Below are positions 53,685 through 64,000 of a stretch of DNA of 64,000 nt, piece after piece. This DNA comes from Octopus sinensis (Eukaryota). Numbering within the stretch: the first letter of the stretch is position 1; each line of letters opens with the position of its first letter. The stretch spans positions 55,924,001 to 55,988,000 of the forward strand of contig NC_043000.1 of the NCBI RefSeq assembly GCF_006345805.1. Reading direction: 5' to 3'. The position numbers and the translations under genes are program-made. The notes beneath the pieces are model-generated. The model did no database searches. It worked only from the letters and a program-made list of their open reading frames with translations, and was not told where the DNA came from.

Positions 53685-54165
53685 AACTACTTGAAATTTA
53701 TATTAGGTTTTCTATACATGCTATACACGTTGTGTGTCCCTGGTAGTAAGTTTTCTAGTGTATGCAATCCCTTCTCGATTAAGCAAATTTGAGGCGGATT
53801 TGGAAGTTTGAAATTTAAATCGAAGAGTAAAGGTCTACGGAGCAAACGTATTTGATATTTATTTTCTTATGCATCACAGTTTTTGGTAGTTACGTATAGC
53901 ACTATTTCATCCTTCTTTAGAATCGTCAGCACGGTATAACCCGAGGAAAATAAATAATGCTGAATAAAAGATTTTACGAAGTTAGACAATTCTTATATAG
54001 AGAAAATAGTTTACATGCTATATTGCTCTAAACTCTCATTAATTAATTAATCAGGCATTGGTATAGAAACTAGTTTAGCCATTAACACTAAGTTCTGCTT
54101 TGTATTTTTTTAAACAGTTTCCTTCATAGGTATAATGGGGGTGTACTTGTAGTAAGGTGAGTGAA

Positions 54166-54488
54166 GGCGCACGGATTAGTGGTTAGAGTCGTGAGGTTGT
54201 GAGTTCGATTTCCGGACCGCGCAATGTGTTGTGCTCTTCAGCAAGTCACTTTATATCACGTTGCTCCAGTTCACACAGCTATAGAAATTAGTTGTGATGT
54301 CACTGATGCCGAGCTGTATCGGACTTTGCCTTTCCCTTGGCCAACACCAGCGGCGTGGAGGGAGGAGACTGGTAAGCATGGGCGACTGCTGGTCTTCCAC
54401 AAACAACCTAGCACGAACTTGTGCTTCAGAGGGGAAATTCTAGCTGCAATCCCATACCCATTCATGATCGAATGGGATCTTTACCCTT
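54166..54488 (+). mobile_element. tRNA-derived SINE-A
   Basis: GGCGCACGGATTAGTGGTTAGAG...GTTCGATTTCC; colinear with 20180-20501. Confidence 0.88.
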
Positions 54489-54884
54489 CGTAAGGTGAAT
54501 TTGAGCCTCTGTAGAGTTTTACAGGAAAGGCGTTAATAACTATATTTTAGCTGATTTAAATTCAGCTTAGACATCAGCATTAATATAGACATGTACATAC
54601 AAATTTGATGGAAAATATCGTGTCGTTAAATGAGTGATGTTGAAAATAGTATTTTTTATATAATTTAGTATATCACAGTTTATTTCATCGGTAGTTAAAT
54701 AACTTTAAAGCGTGTATGAACAATCTGTGACATACTCTATAAAATTTCATTTCCTTATTTTACCTTTATTGAAAATGACGTACGGGTAATTATAATTTGT
54801 GTATTAAAATATGCATACGAGTGTGCGCACACACATACAGTAAGCAATTCGTTGTGTGCATGTGTGTGAATAGAAATATATGTA

Positions 54885-54920
<36 letters not shown>

Positions 54921-55252
54921 TGTATGTGTGTGTGCGTGTGTGCGCGTGTATGTATACATACATATGTATACGTATGATTTATGCGGATGTATGCATATAT
55001 GAATGTTATAACTATATGTGTGTATGTATGTATACACATACATATATATATTTTATATTTTGCTATGTATGTGTAAACATAAAATTTAAAGACGCGTGCA
55101 TATATATTTGTAAATATGTATATATATATGTATATATGTGTGTGCGTGTACATACATACATATATATACACACACGCATATACGTATGTGTATATAGATA
55201 TATACATACATATATACACACACACACACATGTACATATGTGTGTATGTAAG

Positions 55253-55286
<34 letters not shown>

Positions 55287-55830
55287 TTTATGTATGTGTG
55301 TGTATGTGGATATATATATTGAGAATATAACAGTATAGCATCGGTTCCTAATTGGAAGCGTTCCATAATGCTATTAGGAAATAATTTACTCTGTAACAAC
55401 TTTATCCATTTCAGAATTTGTGATTTAGATGTGTGTACACAAACACACACACACACACATACACACACACACACATAAATACGCATGTGTGTAAAATACA
55501 TGTATGCATTTATATATCTGCTAGTAAATATACGTTTTTGCAACCTAGCTTTTTGGCTTACAAAAAAACGAGAATCAAATACAGGATGTACATATCTGTC
55601 AATATACATATATGTTTTCTTATCCCTGCACATATATGTACAAGCTGCTTTATGCATATTTATGCCCAAATTATATATAAAGATGTGCATATTTTCACAC
55701 CGACACAAAAAATTTAACAGCCAAGAAATATTGCCAAATATTGCCAACTATCAACAGAGACTGTACGCAGACTGTATATCAAATACGTTATATTCTTTTA
55801 TGTGTAATTGCAAATCTTTCTGTCTATCGG

Positions 55831-55946
<116 letters not shown>

Positions 55947-56416
55947 ATACACACCTACACACGCTTTCTCTATTTCTTCTTTCACTCTTCCTCGTGTCTC
56001 GATATACATATCTCCCATAACCTCTATTTCTTTGTATGTATGTATGTATGTATGTATGTATGTATGTATGTATGTGTGTATGTATGTATGTACGGATGTG
56101 TATAATGTTTATAATATGTGTGCGCTTGTGTATTTATATCTTAATGTATGTACGTATGTATATAAATGTATATAAATTAGTATGCGTGTATGAGCCTTCA
56201 TTTCCAAAAGAAAAAAATCATACACATATATTATACATTCTACGTTTAATTACTGATGTACATATACAGGTATGACAACATTATGGTATACATTATGAGC
56301 TTTTGTATATATGTGTATGTACGCAGCTGAAAACACACATATGCCCACCTACACACCAAAACATGCACACAAATATACACTCACATAAACACACACACAA
56401 ACTCACACACACGCGC

Positions 56417-56487
<71 letters not shown>

Positions 56488-57145
56488 TGTTTCTTTATTA
56501 GCCACACAGGGCTGCACACAGATAGAACAAATTACAAGGTAGAGCTTTTCTTTTGAAGGTTTAAAAAAAAAAAAAAAAAATAATAATAATAATAAAATAA
56601 AAAATAAAATAAAATAAAAAAGGGGGGGTCGATCAAAAGGGATCGTAAAAGGAGAGAAGGAGGACAAAAAAAGGGGGGGGTTAAAAAAAAAGGGGAGAGG
56701 AAAAAAAATTGATCAATAGGGATCGTTATCACAGAAAAGTCAATATGAAGTGTAAAGGGGAGGACAGGTGAGGTTTACCCGTGGAAAGAAAAGCCTACGG
56801 AAATGACCACGGTAACCTCGGTCAATGAAGTCACATGTTATATTTCTTTTTTTTTTGCAAATAAGCAACTCTCTGTATTAATTTTTACGGTTCATAGAAT
56901 CATAGTCAAGGTGGCTTCGTCATTCATACGTGCCATCCTTGCTACATTCACCCATCTTTTTTTAAAACATTCACTAGACAAAACTTGCCTCTCTACTCTC
57001 ACTTTTTTCTTCAAGTGATACTTGAAGAAGTTGATGAGAGATTGACCAGAGAGGAAAGTGTTTGTCTCTAATCCTTTCAGACGCGTCCACCAGATACATT
57101 CTTTCGCCATAGCCACAAGTATGATAAAAATAGCTCTTCCTTCCC
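56488..57145 (-). mobile_element. Tx1-clade LINE family A, short 3' copy in (GATA)n
   Basis: EGRAIFIILVAMAKECIWWTRLKG...RW plus 3' UTR ending AATAAAGAAACA(TATC)n. Confidence 0.9.
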
Positions 57146-57866
<721 letters not shown>

Positions 57867-58520
57867 TGTTTCTTTATTAGCCACACAGGGCTGCACACAG
57901 ATAGAACAAATTACAAGGTAGAGCTTTTCTTTTGAAGGTTTAAAAAAAAAAAAAAAAAATAATAATAATAATAAAATAAAAAATAAAATAAAATAAAAAA
58001 GGGGGGTCGATCAAAAGGGATCGTAAAAGGAGAGAAGGAGGACAAAAAAAGGGGGGGTTAAAAAAAAGGGGAGAGGAAAAAAAATTGATCAATAGGGATC
58101 GTTATCACAGAAATGTCAATATGAAGTGTAAAGGGGAGGACAGGTGAGGTTTACCCGTGGAAAGAAAAGCCTACGGAAAAGACCACGGTAACCTCGGTCA
58201 ATGAAGTCACATGTTATATTTCTTTTTTTTTGCAAATAAGCAACTCTCTGTATTAATTTTTACGGTTCATAGAATCATAGTCAAGGTGGCTTCGTCATTC
58301 ATACGTGCCATCCTTGCTACATTCACCCATCTTTTTTTAAAACATTCACTAGACAAAACTTGCCTCTCTACTCTCACTTTTTTCTTCAAGTGATACTTGA
58401 AGAAGTTGATGAGAGATTGACCAGAGAGGAAAGTGTTTGTCTCTAATCCTTTCAGACGCGTCCACCAGATACATTCTTTCGCCATAGCCACAAGTATGAT
58501 AAAAATAGCTCTTCCTTCCC
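57867..58520 (-). mobile_element. Tx1 family A short copy (duplicate of 56488-57145)
   Basis: Same truncation point; I see only two substitutions plus homopolymer length changes. Confidence 0.9.
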
Positions 58521-59239
<719 letters not shown>

Positions 59240-61964
59240 TGTTTCTTTATTAGCCACACAGGGCTGCACACAGATAGAACAAATTACAAGGTAGAGCTTT
59301 TCTTTTGAAGGTTTAAAAAAAAAAAAAAAAAAAAAGGAAGGGGGAGTTTCGATCAAAAGGGGTCGTAAAAGGAGAGAAAGAGGACAAAAAAAAGGGGGGG
59401 TTAAAAAAAAAAAAGGGGGAGAGGAAAAAAAAAATTGATCAATAGGGATCGTTATCACAGAAATGTCAATATGAAGTGTAAAGGGGAGGACAGGTGAGGT
59501 TTACCCGTGGAAAGAAAAGCCTACGGAAAAGACCACGGTAACCTCGGTCAATGAAGTCACATTTATATTTCTTTTTTTTTTTTTTTTGCAAATAAGCAAC
59601 TCTCTGTTTTCGATTTCTGGGTTCATAGGACTATGCTCAAGGTGGCTTCGTCATTCATACGTGCCATCCTTGCTACATTCACCATCTTTTTTTAAAACAT
59701 TCGCTAGACAAAACTTGCCTCTCTACTCTCACTTTCCTTTTCAAGTGGTACTTGAAGAAGTTGATGAGAGATTGACCAGAGAGGAAAGTGTTTGTCTCCA
59801 ATCCTTTCAGACGCGTCCACCAGATACATTCTTTCGCCATAGCCACAAGGATGATGAAAATAGCTCTTCCTTCCCGTTTGAAGGAAGGAGGCGTGACAAT
59901 ATTGACGATAGACTCAGCTGATAAACCGACTCGTCCCACACGTGACAGCAGTTGTTCGACATAAGCCCACAGGTCGGAAATTGTTGGACACTGAACGAGT
60001 GCGTGCAGAACGGTTTCGTCGCTCTGACCGCATCTCGGGCAGGTCGGCCCCGTGTTTCTCGAGCCGTGTCTGTAGAGCTTATCCCGAACGGGTAGCGCTT
60101 CTCGGTAGCACTGCCAGGCCAGGGATCTCTGGAAGTTGTCCATGGGCCCTGGCCCGAAAGTCGTCCCGAACAGGCGGGTCAGGTACTCCTCGTCGACGTC
60201 CAGGTTGGCCCTGAGCTCGTCGTCGTACCTCCCCTCCACTAAACCCCTATAGAATGCTTTGGTTGTGTTGAAGTCACTTAAGGTCGACCCAGGACGGCAG
60301 AGTTGCTTGAGAGCAACGCGACACTCGCGGTGCCATTCGCCCTTTCTCGGCCTCTTTTTGATCCACGACTGCAGTTCGGTCATGGAGACGAGCTGCGGGA
60401 AAGCGTGCCTCACAAACGGCGACCACACCTGTTCACCGTCGTCTACATAGAGCCAGAGATGTCGCAGTCTCAGCGCGTGTCTGCGCATCATCAACCACGG
60501 CATGCCCAGCCCTCCTTTTAACGGGTGTTGACAGCAAATGGATCGCCTGACCATCGGGACGCATCCTTTCCACAAGAAGCGAAAGAGGATGCGTTGTAGT
60601 TTGGTGATGGTAGGGTCGGGACAAGGTACGACGGTCAGGCGGTAGTAGATGACGGACGCGATGTACGTGTTCGCCGCCTCCGCTCGACCTTTTAGGGACA
60701 GTTTCCTCTCGGCCCATTGCCGGGCGAGAGTGACCACCCTACTCGTTATCTCGTTCCAGTTCTTCTCCACTTGGAGGTCCGGACCGAACCAGACCCCGAG
60801 CAACTCAACCGGGCCGTCGGTCCAGCGTCCCACGACGGAGGCGCTGGTGGACGGCATGGGCTTGCTTCTCCAGGTGCCTAGTCGCAAGCCCACTGACTTT
60901 TCCCGGTTGATTTTCGCTCCTGTCACCGCTTCGTAGTTTTTCAGTGTCTCGCCGACCAGCTCGATGTGCTCGTGGCTAGACACTATGACGGTGACGTCGT
61001 CCGCGTATGCAGACACGCTCGTCCCGCATCCCAATTCTCGCGGGATGCCCCTTAGAGTCGCCAGTTTCCGCAGTAGTGGCTCAAGAGTCAATACGTATAG
61101 AAGCGCCGAGAGGGGGCATCCCTGACGGACCGAACGTGCAATGTCGAAAGGTCTCGATAGATGTCCATTTACGCGAATTACCGAACGGATGCCTCTGTAC
61201 AAGGCAGCTATCCAGCCGCGGAAGACGGGACCGAAACCAGCCGCTCTCAGGACTGCCTCCAAGTATCGATGGTCTACCCTATCAAAGGTTTTCGATTGAT
61301 CCAAGTTGATCAGGGCCCCACCCATGCCAGGTTCGTTAACTACCCTGTCTATGATGTAGCGCATCAGATGGAGGTTGTCATGGATGGTCCGGCCTGGCAC
61401 GGCGCATGTTTGCGCCTTGTCGACCAGTTTCTCGATGACAAGCGCCAACCTCTTGGCTAGCACCTTGGCCAAAATTTTCAAGTCTGCATTAAGCAGAGTG
61501 ATGGGCCTAAGTTATCTATTACATTTCCCTTGTTTAGATCTTTCTTCAGCAGTGTTACGGCTCCTCGGCTCACAAAACCAGGAATGCTCCCGTTTTGCTG
61601 CCAGTTGCAGTACACCGCCGCCAAGAGATCTCCAAACAAGTCTGGCATACAATTGTAAAGCTCGTAGGGTAGACCATCCAAACCCGGTGATTTGTCCCTC
61701 GAGCATTCTGCCATCGCTTCCTGCACTTCCGCCGCCGTGATGGCACCTTCGCAGCACCCTGCCTTTCTTGTCGAGAGTCGTGGTAGGCTATGTAGGTAGG
61801 CACTGAAGTCCACCCTACGTTCTTGCCCTCCAACGTTCCGAACAGTCGGGCAAAATGCTGCTGAAAGGCCTCACACATTTTACTTGGCTCGAGCAATTCG
61901 CGCCCCTGTTCATCTACCAGTGACCGAATGGTGGCTTTGTTGCCCTGTTGCGCCTCTGCCACCC
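59240..61964 (-). mobile_element. Tx1-clade LINE family A, 2.7-kb 5'-truncated copy in (GATA)n
   Basis: KSPGLDGLPYELY, RPITLLNAD, LDQSKTFDRVDH, VRQGCPLSALLY, YADD and zf-RVT CPRCGQSDETVLHALVQC; (TATC)n on both sides on the sense strand. Confidence 0.93.
59679..61481 (-). pseudogene. Tx1 ORF2 RT plus zinc-finger segment (600 aa)
   Basis: Frameshifts near 61815, 61510 and 59685 separate it from the rest of ORF2; the endonuclease domain is lost to truncation. Confidence 0.88.
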
Positions 61965-62070
<106 letters not shown>

Positions 62071-62490
62071 CAGACATTGGAACACAATATGCACAAACTA
62101 CACATAAATAATCACTGTGAAATATTCCATGTCACACTCAGTAAATGTTTGTAGTGACAAACTTTTATATACACATGCACATGTGTGTGTGTGTGTGTCG
62201 TGATTATAGATTTTCAAATTAACTACTTTGATCTGATGTAAAATGCTAAGAAGTAACCTTTTGGCTAAGCAGAGAGTGTATTTTTTTCATTTTCTCCGGT
62301 TTACTATGAAAGCGAAATTACAGACTGTATCGCGAAATTAGTACTCACAATTTACAATTTCTGTAAGCGCGAGATCCTATAACCTGAGGTGGCCGCAACG
62401 CGGGCAGTGACTTTATGGTATATTATATATATAATATATATATTATATATATATATATAATATATAATTATATATATATTATATAGAAGG

Positions 62491-62540
62491 AGCTTCTACA
62501 GGACTAGAACTGTTTCATTCAAGAGAAATCTTCAGAAGCT
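62491..62540 (-). ncRNA. Type I hammerhead motif (left arm); stem I shifted by a 1-nt deletion
   Basis: Reverse complement of 63712-63762 lacking one C. Confidence 0.45.
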
Positions 62541-62562
62541 AGTTAACAAGAATTGTATTGGC

Positions 62563-62569
62563 ATTTATA
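62563..62569 (-). promoter_or_regulatory. TATA-like box TATAAAT, 27 nt upstream of the hammerhead core
   Basis: Position and the C-rich upstream tract resemble Penelope-like pseudo-LTRs (inference). Confidence 0.3.
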
Positions 62570-62992
62570 CATTTAGGCAGGTTTAAGGGGTGTTGGTGGG
62601 GGACTTTTGGGGGTAGGCATAGCGCAAAATATCATACTTGGGGGAGTGGTCAAGGAGTCAGTGTTAAATTAGATAGAAGAATAAATAAAAAAATAAAAAA
62701 AAATATATAAAAAAATATATAAAAATATATAAAAAAGGGAATAGAGTTTTAGGTAAATAAGGAGATTCTCACTTATACCTATGCACATATGTATACATAT
62801 ATACACACACATACAAACATATATACATATACATACACACATACGTACACACATACTCACATACACGCATACACACACATATCCACACACACATATGCAC
62901 ACACAGCACACTAGTCCCTATATACACATATATACACATACACCACACATATAACACACATACACTTACATACATATATATATATTATATAT

Positions 62993-63039
<47 letters not shown>

Positions 63040-63511
63040 TATACATATGTGTACCTATGCATACCTACACATACACACATATATATACACATACAAATAC
63101 AGACCCATTCCCTAATTTTAATTTTTTATATCTTCATTTATTACTTTTGTTATCTTTGATCGCTGGTCACAAACATCTTGGCTATGACAGCCAGTCCATT
63201 TATCTGTCTACTGGAAAACAAGCACTCATTTACTCACGCACACTCTTTAGCACGTACACTCACTCATTCGCACACTCATACACATACACGCACGCACGCG
63301 TTATATTCATACATACATACATCTACATACATTCACGTATATACACATACGTACGCGTACCTACAGATTCATGTCTACACTCTTAGAAGGCTAGTCTATA
63401 CATATACACCATAAATATAAATACACACACATACATATACACCTATATACAAATACATACATGTAGATATATATATATACATATATATACATATTCACAT
63501 AATATACATAC

Positions 63512-63542
<31 letters not shown>

Positions 63543-63711
63543 CATATACATACATATACACATATACATATATATATATACATAGACACACATACACATA
63601 CATACATATACACACATACACATACATACGTATACATACATACATACATCCATACATCCATACATACATACATTTATACACATACACACATACACACAAT
63701 TCTTGTTAACT

Positions 63712-63762
63712 AGCTTCCTGAAGATTTCTCTTGAATGAAACAGTTCTAGTCCTGTAGAAGCT
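63712..63762 (+). ncRNA. Complete type I hammerhead ribozyme motif
   Basis: AGCUUC-CUGAAGA-UUUC UCUU GAAU-GAAA-CAG UUCUAGUC CUG-UA/GAAGCU: 6-bp stem I, 3-bp stem II with a U-U first pair, 4-bp stem III, GUA triplet, predicted cut after 63756. Confidence 0.7.
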
Positions 63763-63846
63763 CCTTCTATATAATAATTAATTTTACTCTACTATGTATT
63801 GAGTACCTTATTTATGTGGTTAACCCGAATCAACCCGGGACCTACA

Positions 63847-63896
<50 letters not shown>

Positions 63897-64000
63897 TATA
63901 TATATGCGTGTGTGTCTGCTTGTGTGTGTGTACATATATGTATATTTATATGCATATATGCGTGTGCATATTAACTTCTACTTATGTGTATCCACGTATG

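Larger units (their letters stand above)
62481..63772. mobile_element. Inverted-repeat element with 76-bp arms (62481-62556 and 63696-63772) between (TA)n tracts
   Basis: Arms differ by one C; interior is a ~210-bp UTR-like segment plus CA/TA microsatellites and unique DNA. Confidence 0.85.

Overview
Eukaryotic, microsatellite-rich non-genic DNA. It is probably an octopus or other coleoid cephalopod genome (inference from the SINE signatures and repeat landscape; not verified). No host protein-coding gene, rRNA, tRNA gene or CRISPR array could be supported, and nearly all ORFs in the track are microsatellite artefacts or transposon remnants. The window holds degraded mariner and Tc1 transposons, about 20 tRNA-derived SINE copies in four families, an RTE-like 3' end, a CR1/L2-group LINE, a near full-length R4/Dong-clade LINE with fragments of four more R4/Dong families, and Tx1-clade LINE copies. 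Main observations: (1) retroelements partition by microsatellite type. R4/Dong LINEs and a non-coding 558-bp partner form co-oriented stacks in (AAT)n, two Tx1 families stack in one (GATA)n array, and foldback elements sit in or beside (TA)n. (2) Three unrelated foldback elements each carry a type I hammerhead-ribozyme motif in both arms, always pointing outward, which suggests Penelope-like pseudo-LTR derivatives. (3) Two SINE-LINE 3'-tail partnerships are visible inside the window: SINE-B with Tx1 and SINE-D with the CR1-like LINE. (4) There are four microsatellite- or TSD-bounded tandem duplications. All alignments and RNA folds were done by eye.
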